Shown one piece after another: positions 50,522 through 61,275 of a DNA stretch of 64,000 nucleotides (its first letter is position 1; the number at the start of each line of letters is the position of its first letter). The notes below the pieces were generated by a model. That model had not been told where the DNA came from. It saw only the letters and a list, made by a program, of their open reading frames with translations, and did not search any database. The translations under genes and the position numbers were made by a program. The stretch is taken from NCBI GenBank assembly GCA_963677435.1, contig OY781945.1, positions 2,080,001 to 2,144,000 on the forward strand, in the 5' to 3' direction. This stretch comes from an uncultured Aliarcobacter sp. (GTDB taxonomy: Bacteria > Campylobacterota > Campylobacteria > Campylobacterales > Arcobacteraceae).

Positions 50522-51307
50522 CTACTTTAACTTAACAATTGGTTCTAAAGCATTTTTTTTAGCGAAAGAGAGAAGTCTTCCATCTTCTTTAATGTCTTTT
50601 ATAAATTTTTCAACTCTATTATAAAACTCATCATCACCATATTTAATAGCCCAAGAATAATCAGTTTTAAAATAAGTTGATTTTGGTTCAATTAACTTTG
50701 CCCAGTCAGTTTTTGCTAACATTCTTTTAGCAAAAGGGTAATCTGTCATAAAGGCATCTGCACGACCTGCTTGAACTTCTTCTTCTCTTTGATGCATCTT
50801 ATCAAGAATTAAAAGATCTGCATTTTTCAATTTTTCTTTCATAATTGCTTCATGGTAAGTACCTTTAGCAACAGCAATGATATTTCCTTTTTTATCTAAA
50901 TCATCCCAATTTTGAATTCTTTTATTGTTTTTTGTAGTTATTGCATAAACATCACTTGATAAATGTGCAGTTGTAAATCTAATTTTTTCTCTTCTTTGAG
51001 CCGTATTTCCTATTGCAAACATTGCTATATTACATACATTATTATTTATATCATCAATTAATGTTACAAAAGAACTAGGAATAAATTCTAAATTTACATT
51101 TAAATCTTTTGCCAATTCTCTAGCTAAATCACTATCAATTCCTGAGAATTGTTGAGTTCTTTGATCCAAAAATGAAATTCCATAATATTCAGGCCAAACA
51201 CATACTTTTATTTTATTTTTAGCTTTTATTTCATTAAGAATACTCTCACTTGAAAACATATTTATAGTAAAAAATACTATAAAAAATAATTTTTTTTGAA
51301 TTTTCAT
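50522..51307 (-). CDS. Family 3 periplasmic substrate-binding protein (cyclohexadienyl dehydratase-like)
   Basis: VCVWPEYYGIS, GIDSDLA, KGTYHE and GRADAFMTDYP. Confidence 0.82.
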   Translation of the reverse strand: MKIQKKLFFIVFFTINMFSSESILNEIKAKNKIKVCVWPEYYGISFLDQRTQQFSGIDSDLARELAKDLNVNLEFIPSSFVTLIDDINNNVCNIAMFAIGNTAQRREKIRFTTAHLSSDVYAITTKNNKRIQNWDDLDKKGNIIAVAKGTYHEAIMKEKLKNADLLILDKMHQREEEVQAGRADAFMTDYPFAKRMLAKTDWAKLIEPKSTYFKTDYSWAIKYGDDEFYNRVEKFIKDIKEDGRLLSFAKKNALEPIVKLK

Positions 51308-51483
51308 TAGACTCCAGTTAAGATAAACTTACATAATTTTTGGCTGATTATACAAAATATAGCTATAAATCATATTAAAAGAAAATATTTATTAATAAAA
51401 TAATTTTTATTTAATATTGATTAATTTGTTTATAGTATAAAGCATTATATAATACACACTTTATTTAAAAAGGATTATTTTTT

Positions 51484-51954
51484 ATGCCAAATAACACTAT
51501 TATCTATATTTTTAATAGATTAATCAGATTATCAATTTTATTTTTTATTTTATATCTTATATTTACCAATTTTGGGACTTTTTTAATGATTATAGGAATT
51601 ATATTTGTAATTATTAGTTTTGTGATTTATAATTTTAGAAAAAAGATGAGAAGCAACAGTTATAGCTTTAGATTTGATAGTTCACAATTTAAAAATGGTC
51701 AAAATTTTAATTTTAAAGATTTTAATAATTTTAATCAATCGGATTTTCAAGGTTTTGCAAATGCACCAAGAGTTGATGAAGTTGCAAAAGCAAAAGATTT
51801 TTTTGGATTTACTCACTCTCCAACAAAAGAAGAGATAAAAAAAAGATACAAAGAATTGGCACATAAATATCATCCAGATATTAACAATGGTGAAGATACA
51901 AAAATGAAAGAGTTAAATCATTATAGGGATGTTTTGATGAAAATTGTAGGCTAA
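51484..51954 (+). CDS. Membrane-anchored J-domain protein
   Basis: Two N-terminal TM helices, an F/N-rich linker and EIKKRYKELAHKYHPD. Confidence 0.85.
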   Translation: MPNNTIIYIFNRLIRLSILFFILYLIFTNFGTFLMIIGIIFVIISFVIYNFRKKMRSNSYSFRFDSSQFKNGQNFNFKDFNNFNQSDFQGFANAPRVDEVAKAKDFFGFTHSPTKEEIKKRYKELAHKYHPDINNGEDTKMKELNHYRDVLMKIVG

Positions 51955-52014
51955 TTTTTTTAAGATAGCCCATTAGTTATTGTATAATTCTAAGACAAAA
52001 ATAAAGGAAAATAT

Positions 52015-52509
52015 TTGAACATTGACATGACGAAGGTAGCAAATGTAATTTTATATATGTTACACAAACAAGTAAAAAATTTAAATGATAAAAAAGTAGC
52101 TATTATGCTTTTTTTAATGGATTTTAATCATCAAAAATATTGTGGAAAAAAGATTTTCAACGATTCGTATATAAAAGGTGCAAGACATCCTGAGCCTGTA
52201 ATTATTAGTGAACTTTTTGATATTGTTGCAAATGAGGAAGATTTAGAAGAAGATGATGAAAGAATCTTTTTAATGCAAGAATTATTGGATTATTTAGATA
52301 TTGAAGTTGTTAAAAAAGAGAAATTTATCGAATTGAATTTCATAAAAATGGAAGAAGAGTTTGATGAATCAATATTTGATAAAGATGAAATAAAAACAAT
52401 AAATAAAATTGTTTTAGAACATAAAGAATCATCTCCTAGAAATATTGCAAATGAATGTTTTAAGATAGATGAAGTAAGAAAAACTGTAAAAGGTGAAGTT
52501 ATTTTATAA
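52015..52509 (+). CDS. SocA/Panacea (DUF4065)-like protein
   Basis: ANVILY...KK-x-x-x-MLFLMD...G-x-x-IF-x-x-x-Y...P-x-P resembles the DUF4065 pattern. TTG start after an AAGGA RBS. Confidence 0.6.
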   Translation: MNIDMTKVANVILYMLHKQVKNLNDKKVAIMLFLMDFNHQKYCGKKIFNDSYIKGARHPEPVIISELFDIVANEEDLEEDDERIFLMQELLDYLDIEVVKKEKFIELNFIKMEEEFDESIFDKDEIKTINKIVLEHKESSPRNIANECFKIDEVRKTVKGEVIL

Positions 52510-52520
52510 TAACTCCCCTT

Positions 52521-53153
52521 TTAGGCTTGATTTTTTAATCTTAATAAACCTATTCCTAAAAATATAAATAACCCACCTGTAAACTTATTAAACCAATACA
52601 TTCTTTTTTCATCTTGTAACAAAGCTTTTGATTTTTTAGATAAAAAAGCATAAGTACAAAGTCCAAAAAATGAGAAAAATATAAACTCACCAGTCATAAT
52701 AAAAAATTGAGGTGCGATAGCTTTATGTAAATCTAAAAATTGTGGAAATATAGCAGTAAAAAATATAATTGGTTTTGGATTTGTTACTGCTACAAAAAAA
52801 GATTCAAAAAAGTATGCTTTTTTACTTTTTTGTTTTACATTTTTTTCAATATCTTCTATATTTAAAATTCCTTTATTTCTTAGGAATTTTATCCCTAAAT
52901 ATATAAGATAAAAAGCACCTGCAACTTTTACTATAAGAAAAAGTGTAGCCGAAGTTAAAATCAATACTCCAAGGCCTAAAATTGAAGCAGTTGATAAAAT
53001 AGTTAAACCAAGAATATTAGCAAAAGAAGATATTGCAACTGTTTTCATATCAGTTCTCATACCATTTACAATAGCTAATAAAACTGCTGGTCCAGGACTT
53101 AAAACATAAAAAAATGCAATTACTGAATATATTAAAAAAGTGTCAATATTCAT
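52521..53153 (-). CDS. LysE/RhtB family exporter
   Basis: SPGPAV, GAFYLIYLG and TNPK. Confidence 0.92.
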   Translation of the reverse strand: MNIDTFLIYSVIAFFYVLSPGPAVLLAIVNGMRTDMKTVAISSFANILGLTILSTASILGLGVLILTSATLFLIVKVAGAFYLIYLGIKFLRNKGILNIEDIEKNVKQKSKKAYFFESFFVAVTNPKPIIFFTAIFPQFLDLHKAIAPQFFIMTGEFIFFSFFGLCTYAFLSKKSKALLQDEKRMYWFNKFTGGLFIFLGIGLLRLKNQA

Positions 53154-53198
53154 ACTTTAACCTTTATTCTAAAATTATCATTACTTAAAAATTTATTC

Positions 53199-54131
53199 CT
53201 ATTTTCTAACCCATGAAGCGATTTGTTCTATATCATTTGGCGTTGTTTGACAACATCCTCCAATTACCCTTGCACCTTTTTCATACCACATAAAAGCCAT
53301 TTTCCCATAATCTTTTGTATTTGCTTGTGTACTCCAAGTTTTTGTAGCTCCATCGTAAGCTGCTCCACCATTTGGATAAACAATAATTGGTTTTGTTGAA
53401 ACCTCTTTAATTTGCTCAATTAAAGACTCAATATATTGGGGTGCTGTACAATTTATACCAATTGCAACAATTTGTTCTTTGTCATCTAAAAATTTTGCAC
53501 ACTCTTTTATACTTTCACCACTATTAATATGATTTCCATCTTTTGCACTAAAACTAATCCACGCTTGAGTTGATGGTAACTCTTCAAGTAACTTTACATA
53601 AGCTTTTGCTTCAATTAAACAAGGAACAGTTTCACAAGCTAATAAATCAGGTTTTGCTTCAATTAAAGCCTGCATTCTTTTTCTATGAAAATTTACAAGT
53701 TCTTCTTGAGTTAAACCATAATTTCCTCTAAACTCTGAACCATCTGCTAAATATGCACCATAAGGACCAACAGAAGCAGCTACAAGAGGTTTTATTCTAT
53801 TTGATGACTCATTGTTTTCCCAAAATTCATCTCTTGCTTGAATTGCTAGTTTTACAGAAGATTGAATAAGCTCTTTTGCTTGAGATTCAGATAATCCTTT
53901 TTTTTCAAAACCCTCAAAAGTCGCTTGATAACTCAAAGTTGTAATACAATCACTTCCAGCTTCTAAATAGTCTTTATGAACTTCATAAATAGCCTTTGGA
54001 TTTTCCATCAAAAATTTTGCTGACCAAAGTGAGTCATTTATATCATAACCTTTTCTTTCTAACTCAGTTCCTGTTGCTCCATCTATTATTAGAATTTTTT
54101 GATTTTTTAATATTTCTTTGATTTTACTCAT
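53199..54131 (-). CDS. mmuM: Homocysteine S-methyltransferase
   Basis: DGATGTEL, SVGPYGAYLADGSE, GINC, YPN and GGCC zinc ligands. Confidence 0.93.
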   Translation of the reverse strand: MSKIKEILKNQKILIIDGATGTELERKGYDINDSLWSAKFLMENPKAIYEVHKDYLEAGSDCITTLSYQATFEGFEKKGLSESQAKELIQSSVKLAIQARDEFWENNESSNRIKPLVAASVGPYGAYLADGSEFRGNYGLTQEELVNFHRKRMQALIEAKPDLLACETVPCLIEAKAYVKLLEELPSTQAWISFSAKDGNHINSGESIKECAKFLDDKEQIVAIGINCTAPQYIESLIEQIKEVSTKPIIVYPNGGAAYDGATKTWSTQANTKDYGKMAFMWYEKGARVIGGCCQTTPNDIEQIASWVRK

Positions 54132-55132
54132 TAATTTTGTCCTATATTGTTTAATTTATTTATGTACTCATTTTTAAGTTCTTGCGAAATAAAAGAAGAG
54201 TTAAAAGAATTTTTTATAAGCTTTATAATATCTTCTTTAGTTAAGTCTATATTTTCACATAAATTTATAAAATTATCATTTAAATAACCTTTGAAATATG
54301 CAGGATCATCTGAATTTACTGTTACATTTAATCCATAATCTAAAAGTTTTTTAATATTGTGTTGTTTATAGTTATCAAAAACCTTTAACTCTATATTTGA
54401 GTTTGGACAAACAGTTAAAGGAATTTGCTCATTTTTTAGTCTTTGCATTAATTCAGCTGAATTAATAGCTTGTACTCCATGGTCAATTCTTTGAATATCT
54501 AATAAATCCAAAGCTTCATAAATATAAGAGTAATCAGCCTCTTCTCCTGCATGTGCCACAAGTTTAAAGCCCTCTTCTTTTGCTTTTTGAAATACCTCTT
54601 TAAATTTTGAAGGTGGATGACCAAGTTCTGATGAATCAAGTCCAATTCCTATAATTTTATCTTTATGTGCCAAACACTCTTCAAAAGTTTTAAAAGCATC
54701 TTCTTGACTTAAATGTCTTAAAAAACACATGATAATATTTGAAGAAATTGCATACTTTTCTTTTGCATCTTTTAAAGCTTCACTAATACCCAAAATAACT
54801 GTATCAAAAGCAATTCCCCTTGAAGTATGAGTTTGTGGATCAAAAAATATTTCGGTGTGGATGATATTATTTTCCACACATTTTAAAATATATGCCCAAG
54901 TCATATCATAAAAATCATCTTTAGTAATAAGTACATTTGCACCTGCATAATAGATGTCTAAAAAAGATTGTAGATTTGTGAAGTTATATGCGGCTTTTAC
55001 TTCTTCTATAGTTTGATAGGGTATTTTTATATTGTTTTTTGTAGCAAGTTTAAACATCAACTCAGGTTCAAGTGAACCTTCAATATGAATATGAAGTTCT
55101 GCCTTTGGTAATTTTTTTATAAATTCTTTCAT
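54131..55132 (-). CDS. add: Adenosine/adenine deaminase
   Basis: PKAELHIHIEGSLEP, FFDPQTH, HAGEE, RIDHG and NSDDPAYF. Confidence 0.92.
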   Translation of the reverse strand: MKEFIKKLPKAELHIHIEGSLEPELMFKLATKNNIKIPYQTIEEVKAAYNFTNLQSFLDIYYAGANVLITKDDFYDMTWAYILKCVENNIIHTEIFFDPQTHTSRGIAFDTVILGISEALKDAKEKYAISSNIIMCFLRHLSQEDAFKTFEECLAHKDKIIGIGLDSSELGHPPSKFKEVFQKAKEEGFKLVAHAGEEADYSYIYEALDLLDIQRIDHGVQAINSAELMQRLKNEQIPLTVCPNSNIELKVFDNYKQHNIKKLLDYGLNVTVNSDDPAYFKGYLNDNFINLCENIDLTKEDIIKLIKNSFNSSFISQELKNEYINKLNNIGQN

Positions 55133-55262
55133 ATTTTTTATAGTCCTTTAATTATTTTAAAAAATGATTATACAATTTAATCACAAAGGCTTTTATTAGT
55201 ACTCATTTTAGTTTTATATAATTTTCTTTTGATATAGTAAAGTTAACAAAAGAAGGATTAAA

Positions 55263-55682
55263 ATGGCAATAAAAAATAATCAAATGGTAGAAATGTTTTA
55301 TGAATTAAAAGTTCAAAATGAAATAGTTGATAGTAATTTAAATAAAGAACCTATAATTTTTAGTTACGGTTCAGGACAAATAATTTCAGGTTTAGAAAGC
55401 AGAATTATTGATATGAATGAAGGTGAAACTTTAGACATAAATGTTCCAGCAATTGAAGCATATGGAGAATACGATGAAACATTAACACAAATTGTTCCAA
55501 TCGAAGATTTTGAGGGAATGGATTTAGAAATTGGAATGACAATAGAAGCAGAAGATGAGAATAATGAAACAGTAAGAGCCACAGTAATTGATGTTACAAA
55601 AGAAGATGTAACAATTGATTATAATCACCCTTTAGCTGGATGTGATTTAGATTTTAAGGTTACTATTAAAAGTATAAATTAA
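55263..55682 (+). CDS. FKBP-type peptidyl-prolyl isomerase (SlyD/SlpA type, no His-rich tail)
   Basis: GSGQIISGLE, EAYGEYD and IDYNHPLAG. Confidence 0.9.
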   Translation: MAIKNNQMVEMFYELKVQNEIVDSNLNKEPIIFSYGSGQIISGLESRIIDMNEGETLDINVPAIEAYGEYDETLTQIVPIEDFEGMDLEIGMTIEAEDENNETVRATVIDVTKEDVTIDYNHPLAGCDLDFKVTIKSIN

Positions 55683-55711
55683 ATAGATAAAAGAAAAATC
55701 TTTTATCTATT
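55682..55711. terminator. Bidirectional intrinsic terminator
   Basis: AATAGATAAAAGA-AAAA-TCTTTTATCTATT. Confidence 0.75.
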
Positions 55712-55740
55712 AGATTTTAAATTTAAAGAGTATTTTCACC

Positions 55741-56076
55741 TTATTTCTGAGAACTTCTTAATTGCTCTAATCCTGAAGGGGAAATCATAGTAAGTTCCCA
55801 TTTAGGAGAAAAAACGAACTTTACAGAACACTCATCTACTTCATCAATACTTTTTACAACACTAACAATTTCATCAGTAAAAGACTTGGTACTATTACAG
55901 CGTAAATTAATCAAAGTCATTTCAATATTAATGTGTACAGCATCATCAATATTTTCTACATCAGTTTTATAAATAAGCCCCAAATCATAAATATTTATAG
56001 GAAGTTCAAGGTCTTGTATTGTTTTTAATTTTTGAATTACTTTTTGAGTAATATCCTCTTTCTTAATTGTTTTCAT
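55741..56076 (-). CDS. DUF59/SufT-like Fe-S assembly protein
   Basis: DLELPINIYDLGLIY, MTL-x-x-x-x-C and VFSPKW. Confidence 0.85.
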   Translation of the reverse strand: MKTIKKEDITQKVIQKLKTIQDLELPINIYDLGLIYKTDVENIDDAVHINIEMTLINLRCNSTKSFTDEIVSVVKSIDEVDECSVKFVFSPKWELTMISPSGLEQLRSSQK

Positions 56077-56085
56077 AATAAATAT

Positions 56086-56340
56086 CTATTCTTCTTTTTT
56101 GGGTGGTGGCAATAAATTATTAAAATCATAAGGAATAATACTTTTCTCAATTTTTTCAGTAAAATCATATAACTTTATACAAATACCAAATAAAATTGGC
56201 CATACAAATATTTGATTTATAATTAATACATTAAAGAACCAACCAATAATAACACCCAGTATCCCTATTTGTATTAATAATATATCAATCTTTTTTACTT
56301 TTAATAATTTATAATATTCTATTATTTTGTTTTTAAACAT
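56086..56340 (-). CDS. Hypothetical small membrane protein
   Basis: 84-aa ORF with two hydrophobic segments and an AAGGA RBS. Confidence 0.6.
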   Translation of the reverse strand: MFKNKIIEYYKLLKVKKIDILLIQIGILGVIIGWFFNVLIINQIFVWPILFGICIKLYDFTEKIEKSIIPYDFNNLLPPPKKEE

Positions 56341-56461
56341 ATTATTTTCCTTTCATGTAATATCACTATTATAATATCAAATTAGTCATTTGATGTTTAT
56401 ATAGGTCGTTAACTTGTTAGTTTAATAAGTTTAAAAAATACAAAATTTATTTTTAAGACTT

Positions 56462-56815
56462 TTATTTTTTCAATTTTAAAAAATCACCATCGATAATCAT
56501 AAGCTTTACACCATGTTCAGTGATTGAACGATGAGAGCTTAGTTCATCTGAAACAACATATGACATTCCAGAAGTTAAGATAGATTTTGTACCATCTTTT
56601 AATTCATTTATAACTTCACCCTCTAAACAATAAACTATATGACCTTTTTCACACCAATGGTCAGCAAAATAATTTTTTGAATACTCAACGATTCTAATTC
56701 TCAATCCATCAAACTGAACAGTCTGCCAATAAGCAAAACCTGTCTCACCTTTGTGTTCTGTTTTTGGGATATTACTCCAATCAATAGTTTGAAATGGTAT
56801 GTTTTTATTGTTCAT
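56462..56815 (-). CDS. DHCW-motif cupin-fold protein
   Basis: EHKGETG-x-AYW, ADHWCEKGH and SSHRS. Confidence 0.85.
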   Translation of the reverse strand: MNNKNIPFQTIDWSNIPKTEHKGETGFAYWQTVQFDGLRIRIVEYSKNYFADHWCEKGHIVYCLEGEVINELKDGTKSILTSGMSYVVSDELSSHRSITEHGVKLMIIDGDFLKLKK

Positions 56816-57067
56816 GTTATTCCTTTTATATATATTAAAATTTTTTCTATTAATTGAAGTTTTTTAATTTCATATTCACGATTCGTAGAAGAACACCTAT
56901 CACATGAAAATTCAACATATAATAATTTTACTGAACGCCTAGCTTTTGTATATTTTAGCATCAGTAGTTTTTGTATTATGTTCGTCCAAACGTTTTGTTA
57001 TAACAGTAGTAATTCTAGTATATAAACTTCCATCATTATATTTTAGGATGTATACTAAATATGATAT
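56812..57067 (-). pseudogene. GIY-YIG nuclease (YhbQ/UPF0213 type) pseudogene
   Basis: Minus strand reads (ATA)SYLVYILKYNDGSLYTRITTVITKRLDEHNTKTTDAK, then an extra A at about 56953-56956, then YTKARRSVKLLYVEFSCDRCSSTNREYEIKKL. The start codon is lost and YTG has become YTR. Confidence 0.85.
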
Positions 57068-57091
57068 TAATACTCTTTTTGTATATAATTA

Positions 57092-57700
57092 TTAATTTTT
57101 CTCACTCAAAATACCATTTTTTCTTAATTCTCTTAATAATATATTCATTTCATCTTTTAATTTAAAATGCCCTTGTTTTAAATTTTCTGTATATTCTTTT
57201 ATAGAATTTAAATGTACGATTGAATGTTGATTATGAATATCTAAATTAGTTTCTTGATATAATTTTGTTGAAAACTCATACTTATTTACTAAATCATTAT
57301 TTAATCTAAAAGAATCAACCATTCCTTTTGCTAAAGTATATGTTTGTATAATCTTTTTTCTTAAATCATTATCATTAATACGCCCTAAAAAAATTCCATT
57401 AGTATTATATACTGTAAAGAAATCACTTACTAAGGGATAGTAACATAATAATGGCTCACCATGTTTAAGAGACTCCAATCTTGAACCCATTGTTTCTTGA
57501 TAACGTTCATATATGGTTTCAATTTCATCATTTATTGAGTGTAATATAGATTTAATAAGTCTTTTTTCATTTTCTATCAATTCTTCTTTTTGATTTTTAA
57601 ATGAATCTTTTGTTGCTTTTAAAGTAAAATATCCACCTATTATTGCTCCAATTATTGCACTACTAAAACCAAAAATACCAGCTAATAAAGTATTATCCAT
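57092..57700 (-). CDS. Hypothetical protein with N-terminal TM (Gly-rich) helix
   Basis: 202-aa ORF with a GGGGG RBS and AGIFGFSSAIIGAIIGGYF. Confidence 0.7.
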   Translation of the reverse strand: MDNTLLAGIFGFSSAIIGAIIGGYFTLKATKDSFKNQKEELIENEKRLIKSILHSINDEIETIYERYQETMGSRLESLKHGEPLLCYYPLVSDFFTVYNTNGIFLGRINDNDLRKKIIQTYTLAKGMVDSFRLNNDLVNKYEFSTKLYQETNLDIHNQHSIVHLNSIKEYTENLKQGHFKLKDEMNILLRELRKNGILSEKN

Positions 57701-57789
57701 ATAATTATTCCCCCAACAAATTTAGATTAGTATTATTATACTTTTAATTATTATATTCTATAGTTAAAAGTTATGTTAGAAATATTAGA

Positions 57790-57886
57790 TTTTTGTATTA
57801 ATCAAGGCGAAGCTTGATTTTAAGCGGAGCGTACAATTAGTACGTGAGCATTAAAATTCAAGATTCAACGCAGAGTAAGGCAAAAA
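57790..57886. repeat. About 100-bp imperfect palindromic element (REP/RPE-like)
   Basis: Nested arms TTTTTG/CAAAAA and CTTGA.TTTTAA/TTAAAATTCAAG around the core GAGCGTAC-AATTA-GTACGTGAG. GC-richer than its flanks. Confidence 0.7.
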
Positions 57887-57910
57887 GATGATGTTTATCA
57901 CATCACCTTT

Positions 57911-59359
<1,449 letters not shown>

Positions 59360-59379
59360 TTAATCCTAATTAATATTTA

Positions 59380-60741
59380 TTATTTATTATAATTTATTGC
59401 TTTTTCTAAAGATAAAGCCCCGTCAAATAGTGTTTGTTCATCATAAGCCTTTGCAATGAATTGAAGACCAACTGGCATTCCATCTTCATCTTTATCAACT
59501 GGTAATGAAATAGCAGGAAGTCCTGCAAGATTTATTGAAATTGTATAAATATCACTTAAATACATCTCTAAAGAAGTTTTAAATGAACCAAATTTTGGAG
59601 CAGTTGTTGGAGCAACTGGAGATAAAATCAGATCAGCTTCAGCAAAAATAGCAGAATATTCATCTTTAATTAAATGCCTAACTTTTTGAGCTTTTATATA
59701 ATATGCATCATAATATCCAGAACTTAATACAAAAGAACCTAACATAATTCTTTTTTGTACTTCAGCACCAAAACCTTGTGATTTTGTTTGAATATACATA
59801 TCTTTAAGTCCAGTATCACCTTTTCTATTTCCAAATCTTACACCATCAAATCTAGCAAGATTTGCAGATGCTTCAGCAGTTGCAACAATATAGTAAGTTG
59901 ATACAATTTTATCAGTGTCTAACATATTTTTATGAATTATTTTATGCCCAGCTTTTTCTAAAGCAATTACTGCCTTCTCAAAAGCTTTTTGAATTGCTGG
60001 ACTAGCTTGCGATACAAAGTTATCAATTACTGCTATAGTTAATTTTTTATCTGCATTAAGTTTTGGACTTACTGCTTCATAAGCAACATTTGCAGAAGTT
60101 GAATCCATTGGATCATATCCTGAAATAATGTCATATAAAATAGCTGCATCTTCAACATTTTGTGTAATTGGTCCACATTGGTCTAAGGATGAAGAATAAG
60201 CTGTAATTCCATATCTCGAAACTCTTCCATAAGTTGGTTTCATTCCTACTACACCACAATAAGCAGCAGGTTGTCTAATACTTCCACCTGTATCTGTTCC
60301 AAGTGCAGCAATAGCAATTCCAGCAGCAACAGCAGCAGCTGAACCACCTGAACTTCCTCCTGGAACTTTTTCGTTATCAAGGGGATTTAGTGTTTTACCA
60401 TAACAAGAAGATTCAGTTGAACTTCCCATTGCAAATTCATCCATATTTGTTCTACCAAATGGTGATAAACCTGCTTTTTCTAAATTATTAATTACAGTTG
60501 CATTATATGGTGAAATATAACCTTTTAAAATATTACTAGAACAAGTAATTTCCCAATTTTTAACATTTATATTATCTTTTATTGCTATTGGGATACCCAT
60601 TCCAGATTGTGAAATATCTTTTGAAGTTAGTTGCTCAACATAAGCACCTATATTGTTTTGTTTTATTTTTGAAGTTAAATCATCTCTTAGTTTTTTTATA
60701 TCATCACTAGCTAAAGTTAGTGCTTCTTTTAGTGTTATCAA
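59380..60741 (-). CDS. gatA: Asp/Glu-tRNA amidotransferase subunit A
   Basis: IKDNI, TNMDEFAMGSS, PGGSSGGS, GTDTGGSIRQPA and YYDAYY-x-KAQ. Confidence 0.97.
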   Translation of the reverse strand: MITLKEALTLASDDIKKLRDDLTSKIKQNNIGAYVEQLTSKDISQSGMGIPIAIKDNINVKNWEITCSSNILKGYISPYNATVINNLEKAGLSPFGRTNMDEFAMGSSTESSCYGKTLNPLDNEKVPGGSSGGSAAAVAAGIAIAALGTDTGGSIRQPAAYCGVVGMKPTYGRVSRYGITAYSSSLDQCGPITQNVEDAAILYDIISGYDPMDSTSANVAYEAVSPKLNADKKLTIAVIDNFVSQASPAIQKAFEKAVIALEKAGHKIIHKNMLDTDKIVSTYYIVATAEASANLARFDGVRFGNRKGDTGLKDMYIQTKSQGFGAEVQKRIMLGSFVLSSGYYDAYYIKAQKVRHLIKDEYSAIFAEADLILSPVAPTTAPKFGSFKTSLEMYLSDIYTISINLAGLPAISLPVDKDEDGMPVGLQFIAKAYDEQTLFDGALSLEKAINYNK

Positions 60742-60857
60742 TCGGTTCTCCTATGATTCTACAGTTGTAGTATTACGCTGGATTATATCTAATAAATGAT
60801 TAAAATTAGGTTATAAAAGAGATTTTTAAAAAGTTATTTTTTATTATTTTATTAATA

Positions 60858-60890
60858 AAAAAAGGGATAGAAGAAAATCTTCTATCCCTT
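60858..60890 (-). terminator. Intrinsic terminator of the alpha operon
   Basis: AAGGGATAGAAGA-AAA-TCTTCTATCCCTT, followed by a U-run on the minus strand. Confidence 0.85.
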
Positions 60891-60911
60891 AGAAATATAA
60901 TAGAATTTCTA

Positions 60912-61262
60912 CTATACGAATGAAATGAATGCCATTGGTGTAGCATCACCTCTTCTAATTCTTGTTTTAACTATTGAAGTATATCCACCATTTCTACCTT
61001 CGTATTTTGGTGCAATTTCGTTAATTAATTTTTTTGTAGCTTCTTTACTTTGTAAAGCAGCAAATACATATCTATGTGTATTTAAATCAGCAACTCTTGC
61101 AACAGTTACTAATTTTTCAATATATCTTTTTAATTCTTTTGCTTTAGGTACAGTTGTTTCGATTTTTTCTCTTTCGATGATAGCAATTGCCATATTTTTT
61201 AACAATGCTTTTCTATGAGAAGAAGTTCTACTTAACTTTCTATATCCATGCTTATGTCTCAT
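60912..61262 (-). CDS. rplQ: 50S ribosomal protein L17
   Basis: [21 protein letters not shown] and GGYT. Confidence 0.98.
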   Translation of the reverse strand: MRHKHGYRKLSRTSSHRKALLKNMAIAIIEREKIETTVPKAKELKRYIEKLVTVARVADLNTHRYVFAALQSKEATKKLINEIAPKYEGRNGGYTSIVKTRIRRGDATPMAFISFV

Positions 61263-61275
61263 ATTAAACCCTTAA

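Noticed and set aside
55263..56076. Tail-less SlyD and SufT as a functional pair
   Set aside because: The genes are convergent and separated by a terminator; both are common families with no evidence of linkage.
56930..57003. attC-like site on the minus strand (TAAC AAAAC GTTTGGAC ... GCTAGGCGTT)
   Set aside because: The L boxes do not pair, R' is not GTTRRRY, and the stretch is fully explained as coding sequence of the GIY-YIG pseudogene. No integrase is present.
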